Positions 1 through 10,164 of a DNA stretch of 31,448 bases are shown in pieces. Under the pieces are notes generated by a model. It saw only the letters and a list, made by a program, of their open reading frames with translations. It was not told the DNA's origin and made no database searches. Made by a program: the position numbers and the translations under genes. The DNA lies in IMG/VR virus record IMGVR_UViG_3300012971_000060, positions 1-31,448 of that record; one strand, given 5' to 3'. The stretch comes from a virus. Its lineage: Duplodnaviria; Caudoviricetes. Each line of letters starts with the position of its first letter. Position 1 is the stretch's first letter.

Positions 1-3000
1 AATGGCTTGCCCCAGCATTTTTGCGGTCTCGCTGGTCCCTGGCAGCACCTGCTGAGCCTGCGGCTTCTTCGTCATTCCCTCTGGTAAGATCGGCCGGTTC
101 AAGAAGTAGTTCCAGTTCGCCTGCTGCTCGATCGCCGGCCGGACGACTTGCGGCACGAGGCTCGGCGATAGCGCGTCCATGATGGAGTCGGCGACGTGCT
201 TAAAGGCGTTCGGTCGCTGCTGCACGAACGACTCCATGATGCGCTCGGGCAGCGAGCCGAAGATCTGACCCTCGGCAAACGGCTTGGGCAGGCGCCAGAT
301 CGAGCCGGCGTTATATTGCTGGGTGCCATCCGGTAGCGTGCGCTTCCATGCTGGGCCCAATCCTGCAGCGGCTTTCTGCGCAGCCGGTGTGTCGATGTTT
401 TTCCAATTGTCGGTCATGACGATCCAGAACAGCATCTTCTGCCACTGCGGGAGCTCCTGGTAGCGTGGGTCGTCCTTGTTGTGCATCCACAGCAGCATCG
501 ACGGCACCGTGATCGAAGCCAGAGTTTTGGTGGCGGTGCCGACGGGGTCGTTGCGGAACGCACGGCCGAGACGGTCGAGACCCTGAACGTTGGCGTTGAA
601 GAATGGGATCAGCATATTGAGCGCGCGCATCACTGGGCTCGAGCCCATGCGCCCGAAATCGACCGTGAGCTCACGGGCATTGAAGGCTGCCTGGTGTGCT
701 GAGACTCCATTCCTTATATCGCGCTGATAGGCACCAAACCGGGTAGCGTTTTCGAATGCTTCAGACACGCTTCGCAGCATGTCGACCCACTGGGTCGGAT
801 GAACGACGACGTTTGCCAGCTTGCCGTAGAACGAGCGTGGCTCGATATCCGCCAATCTACGATCGAACGACACCAGGTTGGCGTTGGCACCGCCATTGCG
901 CAGCCAAGTTTGGAATTCCTTCTGCATCTGTGGATTGAATAGGCGTCCCAAGCTGGAATAGATCGCGTCGTAGAATGGCACGTAGCCGCCGAGGCCTTTG
1001 GCTTGAATGAAAGCGGTCAATTGATCACGAAAGACGTTCTTGACGCCGAATTCAGGCGTCAACGTCGCGCCGGCGCGCAGCCAGCTGGCCGGCTTACCAA
1101 GAATTTTGAGTACGATGTGCGCTGCCGGCCGGTTCATGCCATTGATGACACGAGCAATGTCCTTCGGCACGTCGTAAATCTGCTCTTTGCCGTTTTCGAA
1201 CATCCGCATCTTGCCGGTTTCCGGCGAGAATGCCTTAGCGTCAGTAAATCGCATTTTTTCGATCATGTTCGGCGGGATCCCAGCATCAAGCATGCGCTGA
1301 CGCTGCTCCGCCGACATCGTGAGCGGCGCGCCGGTTTTGGACAGCTTCATGAATTGCTTATCGAGCGGCAGGGCATCATTGGCGCGCTTCATCGCGCGGT
1401 GGACTTCGTTCTTTTCGGCGAGATCGGTGATCATCGCGGTATTGCGCAGCACGGACTCGAGCGGATTGAGGATCTGCCGTTCGGAGCCTTTGAGTCGTTC
1501 GATCGGATCCTTGACGGTGAGCCCACCCCCGGTTCGGAACATATCGCCGAGCTCGGATTTGGGGTCGATCGCGCGGTAGAACGGGATGTAGGATCTGTTG
1601 GCCGCCATCATCTGGGCGACGCCCTCGCTGCCGATGAGATGTTTTCCCATCTTGAGCACGCCATTCTGAAAATTCTGCAATTCCGTGAACGTCGGCCCCC
1701 ACTCCTTGCCGTATTTGGCGACAACGCGATTGGCTTCGGCCAAAGGGACACCGGACTTTTTGCCCTGACCTTCAATTTCGATCGCGCGCCGCGCCGTGGC
1801 ATAGGCGGTGAATTCGCCGGGATTTCGGCTGATTTTTTCGAGAATAGGATTGAGCGCCGGACCAATAACTTTCCGGGTCTCAGGATCAAATGGCCCTTCG
1901 TGGTAAATTGATTCGAGCTTGCCACCGAGGCCTTTGATGCTGCGCGCCAGGCGATGGAAGTCCTCCTCTCGCTCGAGCGGACGGCCCAGGGTCTTTTCGA
2001 CCCACGCCGCCTTGCGTGCGTAAGGGTGAAGGGCGTTGATGGTGCCTTCATAGAACCGGTGTGCGAGCTCTCCAGCCTCTCGCAAATTGCGCGGAACGTA
2101 GTCTTTCCAGGAGGGTTGCGCGGCGACGCGACCCAGCACTGTCTCAACATCCGCGTCGGGGTGCGGTTGACGTCCTAGCGCTTGCCGTTCGGGCGGAGCC
2201 TGTTCGGGCGGCAGTTTGGGTCCGGTCGCCTTTTCCACCCCCCGCTCGAGAATCTCGCGTTCCGTGCCAATAGGAAGCTCTTCTGTGCGAATCGGACGTC
2301 CAGAACGACCTCGACCACCCTCGACAGGTTCGCGACGAATGGCACCCTGGACCGGAGGCTCTGGTGCAGTAATACCTCCTGGTTTTTGGGCGCCAGGCAA
2401 ATTTTCAGGAATCGGCGCGCGCGCCGCCGCTACTGGAGGCTGCTCACCAGCAACGGCGGTCGGTCGCGCAGTCATTTCGGATTGAGCCGCCGCATGGGCG
2501 AGCGTCGGGTCGATCTCACCGACGTTCATCCCTCCGCCCGGTTCGTTTGGCGGGGTAGTCTTGCCGTAGTCCTCGGGACCGTGCGCCTCACTGCGTGGCG
2601 GAGGCGCTTGGACTTCGGCGGTGCCGGCGGCAGCTTCAGCACCGGGCGATCCATGCTCAGTGTATTGATCTGTTCCAGCTAGATGAGGTTCGCCTTGATC
2701 GGCCGTCCGAGGTGGAAACATCTCGGTTTGGACTGGCTCGGTCCGGCCACCAGTCAGGGGCAATTCTGGCTCGGCAGTGCGGGTGGCTCCTCCTGTGAGC
2801 GGGAGCTCGGCCTGCACTGGGGGCTGTGTGCGAGTAACCCCACCCTCCAATGAAAGCTCTGGCGGCCTCGGCACGGGCGCTGGCGGTGGTTCTACGGGCC
2901 GTGCAGCCGGCGCTGGGGCTGGCGCTGGCGGTGCTGGCGCGCTAGGTTGCGGACGCAACCTAGCGCCCGCCGTTGCGCCTATCTGTTCTAGTCTTGTCCC

Positions 3001-3696
3001 CCACTTGTACGGGTTTGGAGCCACCGCGCCGGCGAGGGTTTGGGCAGCGATGGAGGGCGCGGCTTCCGTGATCCCTTCAGGGGTGAAGAGTTCCTTGCCA
3101 CGCTGATAGACTTGAGCGGCCGTCTCACCAGCACCACTGATAGCGGCTGATAGAAGCCGCGTGCTCGCTGCCGCTACGCCGCGAGGATTAAAGCCGGCGA
3201 GGTTAGAGATCGCCTGGCCAGCGGCTGCGGCGATCGGATGCTCTTTGACGTTGGCTGCACGGACAGCATCGTCATCGAAGCCTAACGCTTTGGCGGCCGT
3301 GTCTTGAACGGTCTCGCCGGCCATACCTCCAAGAAAACCACCAATCAGACCACCGGTTAGGGTCGCGCCAGGGATCGGAACGGCGGCGCCAATCGCGGCG
3401 CCGGTGAGCATGCCGGTTCCGGCTGCAGCCATTGCTGGAGCGACCCCATGGACGGCCTCGCGGGTGAAGGCACCCCAAGCGCTTTCAGGCTCGGTGTAGG
3501 GTGTAAAGCCATCCTCTTTTGGCTCTTCATATGGCGTGAAGCCGTCGGTGGTAGCGGCTCGTGTAGGTTCTGATGGTTCGACATACGGCGTAAAGCCATC
3601 GGTAGCCGGAGCCGGAGCCGGAGCCGGAGCTCGGACTACAGCTTCGGTGCCGTCATCATCCGCTGGCGCATAAAAATCTACGTCGTCGTCAGCCAT
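1..3696 (-). CDS. Large internal virion/ejection protein with LPD38-like C-terminal region (3'-partial, at least 1232 aa)
   Basis: Absent from the ORF track because the frame has no stop in the window. ATG at 3696 (MADDDVDFY) directly follows the upstream TAA. Manual translation gives ...LRAGATLTPEFGVKNVFRD...ARELTVDFGRMG...LIPFFNANVQG...YQELPQWQK...WRLPKPF..., which resembles large polyvalent protein/LPD38 regions. N-terminus has DGFTPY three times. Confidence 0.75.
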   Translation of the reverse strand, partial: MADDDVDFYAPADDDGTEAVVRAPAPAPAPATDGFTPYVEPSEPTRAATTDGFTPYEEPKEDGFTPYTEPESAWGAFTREAVHGVAPAMAAAGTGMLTGAAIGAAVPIPGATLTGGLIGGFLGGMAGETVQDTAAKALGFDDDAVRAANVKEHPIAAAAGQAISNLAGFNPRGVAAASTRLLSAAISGAGETAAQVYQRGKELFTPEGITEAAPSIAAQTLAGAVAPNPYKWGTRLEQIGATAGARLRPQPSAPAPPAPAPAPAARPVEPPPAPVPRPPELSLEGGVTRTQPPVQAELPLTGGATRTAEPELPLTGGRTEPVQTEMFPPRTADQGEPHLAGTDQYTEHGSPGAEAAAGTAEVQAPPPRSEAHGPEDYGKTTPPNEPGGGMNVGEIDPTLAHAAAQSEMTARPTAVAGEQPPVAAARAPIPENLPGAQKPGGITAPEPPVQGAIRREPVEGGRGRSGRPIRTEELPIGTEREILERGVEKATGPKLPPEQAPPERQALGRQPHPDADVETVLGRVAAQPSWKDYVPRNLREAGELAHRFYEGTINALHPYARKAAWVEKTLGRPLEREEDFHRLARSIKGLGGKLESIYHEGPFDPETRKVIGPALNPILEKISRNPGEFTAYATARRAIEIEGQGKKSGVPLAEANRVVAKYGKEWGPTFTELQNFQNGVLKMGKHLIGSEGVAQMMAANRSYIPFYRAIDPKSELGDMFRTGGGLTVKDPIERLKGSERQILNPLESVLRNTAMITDLAEKNEVHRAMKRANDALPLDKQFMKLSKTGAPLTMSAEQRQRMLDAGIPPNMIEKMRFTDAKAFSPETGKMRMFENGKEQIYDVPKDIARVINGMNRPAAHIVLKILGKPASWLRAGATLTPEFGVKNVFRDQLTAFIQAKGLGGYVPFYDAIYSSLGRLFNPQMQKEFQTWLRNGGANANLVSFDRRLADIEPRSFYGKLANVVVHPTQWVDMLRSVSEAFENATRFGAYQRDIRNGVSAHQAAFNARELTVDFGRMGSSPVMRALNMLIPFFNANVQGLDRLGRAFRNDPVGTATKTLASITVPSMLLWMHNKDDPRYQELPQWQKMLFWIVMTDNWKNIDTPAAQKAAAGLGPAWKRTLPDGTQQYNAGSIWRLPKPFAEGQIFGSLPERIMESFVQQRPNAFKHVADSIMDALSPSLVPQVVRPAIEQQANWNYFLNRPILPEGMTKKPQAQQVLPGTSETAKMLGQAI

Positions 3697-6636
3697 TTAC
3701 TTCGGTCGCAGTTGCCATTCGCCATTCGGCATCGTGCCCCACTGGAATTTATTCGGGTCAGGATTCTTGAACGGCGGGACCTTGCCACGATAGTTCGGGT
3801 CGACTGTGGGTGGCTGTGCTGGCGCAGCTGTCGTGCCGGTCGTCGCTGGTGGTTGCGGCGTTGCTGGCGTTGTGGTCTGTGGCGTTGCTGGCGCTGCTGT
3901 AGCTGGCGCTGTCGGCATTGTTGACTGCAAAAGATCGTTGGCGAATTTAATCGCGCCGAGTTCTTCATCATTCGGTGTCGCTGTTGGATCGTTTCGTTGA
4001 CGAGTACGAAAGTTAGTCATTAACTGAGCAGCTGCACCTTGTCGCGCACGTAACAGTGCATCATATCCACGCTGCATGATGTTATTGTCGCTCATCATTT
4101 TACGCACATTCATCGCATCGCGACGCTGATCGACGGTGTTGGCGTTGCGAAGGTTACGCCCGTCTTCCTTCATTCTTTCGATGTCCATTTTTTGTTCGGG
4201 CGTTTGCTTAGTTACGTTCCTTTCTTGAATGTTACGAAATTCTTTCGCGGCCGTGATATCGCGCTGCATCAGCTGACGTTCATAGTTCGCACGCTGGCGC
4301 GTCTGACTCGCCCACGGAAACATGTTATTAGCTTCTTCTGCCCGACGCTGGGCTGCTTCGCGCGAATAAGGATCGAGCGGTGCGTTGGAAGTCGGCTGAT
4401 TTTGCTGGGTTGGTTGACCTTGTTGGGTCGTCGGTTGACCTTGTTGGGTTGTTGGCGCGCTTGTCGTTGGCGCACCTGTTGTTGGCGCACCTTGTCGTGT
4501 CGTCAGTCCACGATAAGGATCGTAATAGATCGATGAATTATCCGGCGTGTTGCCAAAGCCAGTTCCACGTCCGGGAATATTGCCAAACTGTGCTTGCGAT
4601 CCAGCTATTTGCGCTCTTTGATCCGTCGTACCATAAGGATATGCCGTCCGTGAAGTCGCAGGTGGCGGAGTGGTGATGGGAATGCCACCCGGTGTCGTGC
4701 GCTCACCACCAGCACCGGTCGTTGCTGCAGCAGGCGCCGCAGTCGTGACTTCTCCCGGTGCACCCTGCGAACCGGTCAGCTGCGCAAATTTTTTCTCGAT
4801 TCCTTCTTGCGCCGCGATATCGAACACGCTTGAAGGTCCCATGGCGTATTGACTGAACTGCTGCGGGGTCAAACTGAACGTGGTCGCTGGACCGCCATTG
4901 TCAGGCCGCACGATCGCGGTAATGCGTCCATCCTCGGTCTGCACAAAGTCAACGCTACGACCATTCGGAATGAGATTGTTGAGCCGTCCGGCCAGCTGCA
5001 GCGCGGCGCCGTAATCGCCCTGCGATGCGGCTGCAATCATCGCCGCACGTACATTGTCGTAGGAAGGACGCAAGGACTGCACGAAGCGTGAGGCGCCATC
5101 CATGTCGCCATTGGCGACCAGATCATGGAACGCTTTACGAATGGCACCGTTCTGATCGAGCGTCGGATCCGCAGCACTGGTGCGGTTCAAGATATCGGTC
5201 ATCTGCTGGGGCGTGAAACTGCGATCGCCCTTGAGATAATCGTGCAGCGCTTGCTGATCTGTAGGTGCTGCTGCAGTCGGTGCTACAGCCGGCGTCCCAT
5301 CCTGGGTGAGACGCTGAACATATCGTTGTGCGGGTCCGGCAAACAATTGTTGGTGACGTTCTGCGACGCCACGCTCGAAGCTGCCGCCAGATTGAATCGA
5401 TTCTGGCAGTGTCAGTCGTGTCGCCGGTTCTGTGGGCGCAACGGGAACACCAGCACGTGCCAGGGCTGCTTGCTGTTTACGTTCAGCGTCTAGCTGTTCG
5501 GGTGAGTATTGTTCGGCAGCCGGTTCTGCGGCGGCTCTACGCGTCGGAACCGTCGGGAGTTTGCTGGTGTCGCCTTCGATTCGCGGCGGTGCAATTTCGG
5601 TCACCGGTGTCTCCGGTCTTTCGACCGTAGCTGTCGGTGCAGTATAGCCAGGCAGCTTCAACGCGCGACGGGTCCAGTCAAGGACATCGCGCAGAGCTCC
5701 ACCGGGATCCTGCACAATCCGCGCGAGTGGGTCTGCTTGGGTCGGCGTGTATCCGGTCGGCGTCTTGGCGACTTCGGCTTGCGCTCTTATGGCTTCGGCC
5801 TCACGATCGGTCTGATCGGTCGGTTCGGCATTATATCCTGTGCGCTGCGGCGGCGGCTGCGGCTGGCCGGCGACTTGATACGGCGGCGCGGTCTCGATGT
5901 CCTCTTCGTCGGCTTCGACGGGACGCGGACGCGGGGTCGGGACTTCCTCTTCCTCTTGCTGTGGAGGAGGCTCTTCTTTCTCTTGCTGTTGCGATGGCGG
6001 TGGCGGCGGCGGCGGCTGCTCTGGCTCTACTTCGTGTGTTGGAGGTAAGAATCGACTTTCACCTTGTTCAACCGGATATGCAGTATCGTAATCGACCTCT
6101 TGCTGTGAGATAAGTCCTTCATCATTATCCTCAACTTCGCCACCTCTCTGGTAACCAGTCCGACGCACCGCTCCGCCTTTGCAATACGCGAATTCCTCGG
6201 GCACCTGCGGCGCTCCAGCTGGACGCGTCGACAAGGCCTCGGCATCCTCGACAGCGTGCTGCGGATTATGTCGGCGTGAATCGAGCGCGGCGGACATCGC
6301 CAGCGGTCCTGCCGCCGTGGTGCCGCTGTCGCTGGTGCTGGCGCTGCTGCTTCCGCCTTCGCCATAGACCGGACCGCCATAGGCATACGCGGCGGCCGGA
6401 ACGCCGCGTTTCATGTAGCCGGTGACTGGCGCATCGATCCATTTGCGCAATTTCGTGCGCCGTGGACCCGTTCGTGCGAGAGGTTTACCAAGCTTGCGGT
6501 TCTTCTTGCGGCTTTGTACTTGACCACGCACCGCACCACCTCGCTGATAACCTTCATCAGGTGCAGGAGGTTCTTCTACCGGTGCTGTCTGTCCTGGCAC
6601 TGCAGCTTGATAGCCAGTAGGAGAATATCTAGCCAT
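3697..6636 (-). CDS. Large low-complexity internal virion (ejection-type) protein, about 979 aa
   Basis: Long ORF rich in P/T/Q/E. Preferred start is ATG 6636 (MARYSP), which overlaps the upstream TAG. Contains repeated YxxGGxV and TGY motifs. Position is typical of podovirus ejection proteins. Confidence 0.6.
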   Translation of the reverse strand: MARYSPTGYQAAVPGQTAPVEEPPAPDEGYQRGGAVRGQVQSRKKNRKLGKPLARTGPRRTKLRKWIDAPVTGYMKRGVPAAAYAYGGPVYGEGGSSSASTSDSGTTAAGPLAMSAALDSRRHNPQHAVEDAEALSTRPAGAPQVPEEFAYCKGGAVRRTGYQRGGEVEDNDEGLISQQEVDYDTAYPVEQGESRFLPPTHEVEPEQPPPPPPPSQQQEKEEPPPQQEEEEVPTPRPRPVEADEEDIETAPPYQVAGQPQPPPQRTGYNAEPTDQTDREAEAIRAQAEVAKTPTGYTPTQADPLARIVQDPGGALRDVLDWTRRALKLPGYTAPTATVERPETPVTEIAPPRIEGDTSKLPTVPTRRAAAEPAAEQYSPEQLDAERKQQAALARAGVPVAPTEPATRLTLPESIQSGGSFERGVAERHQQLFAGPAQRYVQRLTQDGTPAVAPTAAAPTDQQALHDYLKGDRSFTPQQMTDILNRTSAADPTLDQNGAIRKAFHDLVANGDMDGASRFVQSLRPSYDNVRAAMIAAASQGDYGAALQLAGRLNNLIPNGRSVDFVQTEDGRITAIVRPDNGGPATTFSLTPQQFSQYAMGPSSVFDIAAQEGIEKKFAQLTGSQGAPGEVTTAAPAAATTGAGGERTTPGGIPITTPPPATSRTAYPYGTTDQRAQIAGSQAQFGNIPGRGTGFGNTPDNSSIYYDPYRGLTTRQGAPTTGAPTTSAPTTQQGQPTTQQGQPTQQNQPTSNAPLDPYSREAAQRRAEEANNMFPWASQTRQRANYERQLMQRDITAAKEFRNIQERNVTKQTPEQKMDIERMKEDGRNLRNANTVDQRRDAMNVRKMMSDNNIMQRGYDALLRARQGAAAQLMTNFRTRQRNDPTATPNDEELGAIKFANDLLQSTMPTAPATAAPATPQTTTPATPQPPATTGTTAAPAQPPTVDPNYRGKVPPFKNPDPNKFQWGTMPNGEWQLRPK

Positions 6637-8851
6637 TGGGTCGATATCCGGTTCGCTGTGGTCTAACCGGCATGCCACCATTGCTGCGGTTCTTGCGTGC
6701 TTGCGCGATCAATTTGTAAAAAAATTCTTTTCCTTTCCAATGCGCGACATCTTTTGGGATCACGAACTCGCCGGCGTTGAGTTTGGCGGCGACGTCATCG
6801 GTGCGCGCGCCGGCTGAAGGCGAGAGATTGCGTGATACGAAGCCACCGGTGGTCGCTGCCGGACCAGGCGGTCCATTTGCTGCTGGTCCATTGGGTCCAT
6901 TGATGCTTCGACGAAGTGGTGGTGCGAAAGGCGGCGGCGGCATCATTCGTCGACGTTGGATCAGTCCACCTTGCTGCATCAGCGGAGGTCCGCCAGGAAC
7001 CGGTGATGGCGGCGGGGCAACGCCTCGCGCCGGCATAATGCCGGATGGAGTGCCTAAATTCATGCCGGGGGTCATGCCGATCGTCGCTGCGGGCGGCGAA
7101 GGACCGCGCGGCGCGCGCGGCGCCATGCGCGGACGATAGCCGGTTTGCATCGGACCAGGCATGGGAGGTCTCCTTCCGACGACACCGCCGCGTTGGAATG
7201 TTTCTTCGCCAGTATCACTGCTGCCCCAATTACCGCCCCAATCAGAATAATCTGGCTGATTGTAATTAGTGTTATCCCACTGTGATTGATCGTAAGCTTG
7301 CTGATCGTAAGCTTGCTGATCCCAATTATCCCACTGCGATTGATCGTAAGCTTGCTGATCCCAATTATCCCACTGCGATTGATCCTGCTGATTCCATTGA
7401 TCCCACTGAGCTTGATCCTGGTTCCATTGATCGGCCCAAGCTTGATCCTGATTGGCCCAGTCCATGCTGGGATCGTAATTACCGGTGTAGCCGTAATCGA
7501 AGTTGGCGTAAGGATCCTGGTTCGGCACCGTCCAATCGTTACCACCAGCAACCTGCCACGGCGCAGCAGTTTCTGGATCGTATTGCGACGTGTAATTCGT
7601 GAAGTCCATGCTGGGATCGTAATTACCGGTGTAACCCTGATCGTACTGATTGGGGTCGTACTGCCAATCCATGCTTGGATCGTATGTTCCGGTGTAGCCC
7701 GTATCGATCGGGTTGCCCTGCCAATCGACCTGCTGACCACCCCACGTTTGTGGATTGTCCCACGACCATCCACCCGACGGTTCAGCGCCATAAAGATTGC
7801 CAGCCGGATCGGTGTATGCACCAGGCCAAGCGTCAGTCGGAATGTTGTAAGGATTATTTGGATCGTCAGGATTGATACCCGTGACGTTCGGATCAGGATA
7901 GACCGGCCAACCAGGATATTGTTCGTCGCCTGTTTGACCAGGCCCACCACCAGGCCCGCCACCACCGCCTGGTGGCTTAACGATGCCAGGAAGACCACCG
8001 CCACTCGGCTTCGCTGTTCCAGTCAGATCAGGCGCAGGCCGACCTTCAGGTGTTCCTGGTCCTTGCCCGAATGGATCCTTCGCTCGCTGCGGCGCACCGC
8101 CACCGCCAGCCGGTCCGCCACCAGGACCCGCAGGACCCGTCGGCTGACGCGGTGCGAATTGCTCGCTCAAATTCCGGCTGGTCGACTCCTGCGTACGCTG
8201 TCCGCTTGCTGTCGTTCCCAGCGGCGGATAGCGCAGCTGCATGCCGGTGCCGAGGAGCCGCGCCATCTCCTGCGCAGCCTGATAGCCCAGCTGCGTGTTC
8301 TGCAGGCTTGCCGAGATCGCCTGGTTGCGCATGGCATTGCCGGCAGCGATGTCGGCCATGCGTTGCTGATTGCCGGCGCCGGCGGCCGCCGCTGAGGCTT
8401 GCACCCGGTTGGCTTGATCGAGCGCGGCGTAGCGGCCGGAGCTCGGATCGATGCCATAGCTCTCGAGATCTCGGATCGCGCTCTGACGCGCCTGCTCGGC
8501 GCCCTGCTGCACGCCCGCTTCCGCCATCCCCATGTCGACGGAGATGCGCTGCGGCGAGGCATAGCTCAGCGCGTCGCGGAGAAGACCATCGATGTTGCCT
8601 TGGTTCTTGTTGTAGGTGTTCATCCCCCACTGGTAGACCTGGGGGGCCTGATCGAAGGCGTACTGCGCGATCGCTTGCAGCAGCGGCGCCTGCGGGTAAT
8701 CGGGAATGTATTGCTGAGAAATATTGGTGCCCTGACCCGTGCTGTCAGTGCCACCAGTGGTGAAGCCGGTCAGAAGATTGGACTGGGGATAGATATTTGA
8801 GTAGCCGCCCGCCCCTGGAGCGATAGGAATTTGAAGCTGACCGTCAGCCAT
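6629..8851 (-). CDS. Putative internal virion/DNA-transfer protein, 740 aa
   Basis: N-terminal helical A/Q-rich region with YGIDPSSGRY, a central W/D/Q/Y repeat region, and a C-terminal GGFV...TDDVAAKLNAGEFVIP motif of the kind seen in phage internal and tape-measure proteins. Confidence 0.6.
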   Translation of the reverse strand: MADGQLQIPIAPGAGGYSNIYPQSNLLTGFTTGGTDSTGQGTNISQQYIPDYPQAPLLQAIAQYAFDQAPQVYQWGMNTYNKNQGNIDGLLRDALSYASPQRISVDMGMAEAGVQQGAEQARQSAIRDLESYGIDPSSGRYAALDQANRVQASAAAAGAGNQQRMADIAAGNAMRNQAISASLQNTQLGYQAAQEMARLLGTGMQLRYPPLGTTASGQRTQESTSRNLSEQFAPRQPTGPAGPGGGPAGGGGAPQRAKDPFGQGPGTPEGRPAPDLTGTAKPSGGGLPGIVKPPGGGGGPGGGPGQTGDEQYPGWPVYPDPNVTGINPDDPNNPYNIPTDAWPGAYTDPAGNLYGAEPSGGWSWDNPQTWGGQQVDWQGNPIDTGYTGTYDPSMDWQYDPNQYDQGYTGNYDPSMDFTNYTSQYDPETAAPWQVAGGNDWTVPNQDPYANFDYGYTGNYDPSMDWANQDQAWADQWNQDQAQWDQWNQQDQSQWDNWDQQAYDQSQWDNWDQQAYDQQAYDQSQWDNTNYNQPDYSDWGGNWGSSDTGEETFQRGGVVGRRPPMPGPMQTGYRPRMAPRAPRGPSPPAATIGMTPGMNLGTPSGIMPARGVAPPPSPVPGGPPLMQQGGLIQRRRMMPPPPFAPPLRRSINGPNGPAANGPPGPAATTGGFVSRNLSPSAGARTDDVAAKLNAGEFVIPKDVAHWKGKEFFYKLIAQARKNRSNGGMPVRPQRTGYRPNG
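7275..7700. repeat. Coding tandem repeats (39-nt NWDQQAYDQSQWD units; three GYTG[N/T]YDPSMD units)
   Basis: Direct repeats such as gatcgtaagcttgctgatcccaattatcccactgcgatt and tccatgctgggatcgtaattaccggtgta, all in frame within the 740-aa ORF. Confidence 0.85.
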
Positions 8852-8909
8852 TGTTAGGTCCTGGAAAAAGCTGGACTTTTCCAGCCTGTTCGGCCCTAAC
8901 AGAAAAGTC

Positions 8910-8924
8910 CTAAGAAATGCTTAA
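8910..8924 (-). promoter_or_regulatory. CtrA-like box, one mismatch (CTAA-GAAATGC-TTAA), upstream of an RBS-occluding structure at 8852-8901
   Basis: Near-identical to the motifs at 24464 and 28374; intergenic. Confidence 0.55.
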
Positions 8925-8961
8925 GATTGCTGTGCTTGTGCCGGTCCTTAAGGTCACTGGC

Positions 8962-10164
8962 TTAGAATTTTCCGAGTTTCCCAGCACCTATTGCTGCCCG
9001 CTGGCCTAGCGGATTTCCAGATATCTTTTGCTGCATCGATCCAGCTGGACCGACGTAGGCATAAGCCTTTCCATCGAAGACTGCTACGCCACCAAACAGA
9101 CTCTTTTTCTTTCCTTTTCCTTTGCTAAAACAAAACGAACCGAGAAATCCTTGTTGGCCTTGCGGAATGAAAGTAATTATTTGATCTCCCCCCGTTCCAC
9201 CGATAATTAAATTATCACCATTGAAGACGAGACCATAGCTATATTTGTGATCGATGATGCTACACACAGTTGCGCCATCGCCAGTAGCGCCATCGAAACC
9301 GCCAACGCCAAAGGTACCGCCATATCTATCATGAAGATTTGTTTCATGGACAGACGCGCCGTTTATAAGGATGTTGTAAGTCGTAGATCCGCCGATCATC
9401 GGATCGAATTCGTGAGAGTTTTGATCTTGCTTTGACTTGAATCCAACATAAGCCGTAACACCGTTATCATCGGTCGGCGCGCTGTCCATGGCGTAGCCTT
9501 CCGCCCGAATATAAGAAGCTGCAACTGGATCTGATTCATGCGTTCCAGGACCGTATTGCATCCGCCTGCCACCGAATCCACTACCGCTTGATTCATAGAC
9601 GTAAGCAGATCCGTTGTCGTAACGATCCTCACTGCGTTGAGTTCCGACAATGAATTTGCCATCACCTCCTTGTAGACAGTTGAAAAATTCATTGCCCTCA
9701 TTATCGTTGAAATAGTTCGCAATAGATAAAGCCAGCTTCCAGGTATCACCCTTGTCGCTAGATATGTAAATTTCATCTACGCCGGGGCCTTCGTCATTAA
9801 AACAATGGATCGCAAAATAAACTTTTTTCGAGCCATCGTCTTCTTTCTCCTGAGAGCTTATCCCAGCAAGAGCAACTGCTTTTTTTGGCAGCTTGACTGA
9901 ACCCCACGTCTTCGCGCCGTTGTTCGATCGCCAAGCACTACTATCCCTGATGCCCATCCAAACGCCATAGGTCTTGCCGTCATCAGTCCAGGCCAACGAT
10001 GTTGCCGGCACTCCCTTGGGAACTTGTGCCCAATCTTCACCGTCTTCCGAAACAAACATTCCGTCGCCACAGGAAAACAAAAAACCCTTCGTTCCACCCC
10101 AAGAGACATTGATGACACGCTCAAAAAAATCCTCGACAAAAACTGACTCGCCAAGTTCAGGCAT
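8962..10164 (-). CDS. Asp-box/BNR beta-propeller-like protein, possible receptor-binding or tail tip protein
   Basis: Asp-box-like motifs SEDGEDW, SNNGAKTW and SSDKGDTW; visibly more AT-rich than its neighbours. Confidence 0.5.
   Translation of the reverse strand: MPELGESVFVEDFFERVINVSWGGTKGFLFSCGDGMFVSEDGEDWAQVPKGVPATSLAWTDDGKTYGVWMGIRDSSAWRSNNGAKTWGSVKLPKKAVALAGISSQEKEDDGSKKVYFAIHCFNDEGPGVDEIYISSDKGDTWKLALSIANYFNDNEGNEFFNCLQGGDGKFIVGTQRSEDRYDNGSAYVYESSGSGFGGRRMQYGPGTHESDPVAASYIRAEGYAMDSAPTDDNGVTAYVGFKSKQDQNSHEFDPMIGGSTTYNILINGASVHETNLHDRYGGTFGVGGFDGATGDGATVCSIIDHKYSYGLVFNGDNLIIGGTGGDQIITFIPQGQQGFLGSFCFSKGKGKKKSLFGGVAVFDGKAYAYVGPAGSMQQKISGNPLGQRAAIGAGKLGKF

Noticed and set aside
1003-1911. 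302-aa plus-strand ORF and other long plus-strand ORFs (e.g. 7286-8395, 17881-18831, 20148-21113)
   Set aside because: Antisense shadows of well-supported minus-strand genes in GC-rich or repetitive DNA.
7275-7400. CRISPR-like array
   Set aside because: Repeats are contiguous, in frame and lack unique spacers; no cas genes are present.
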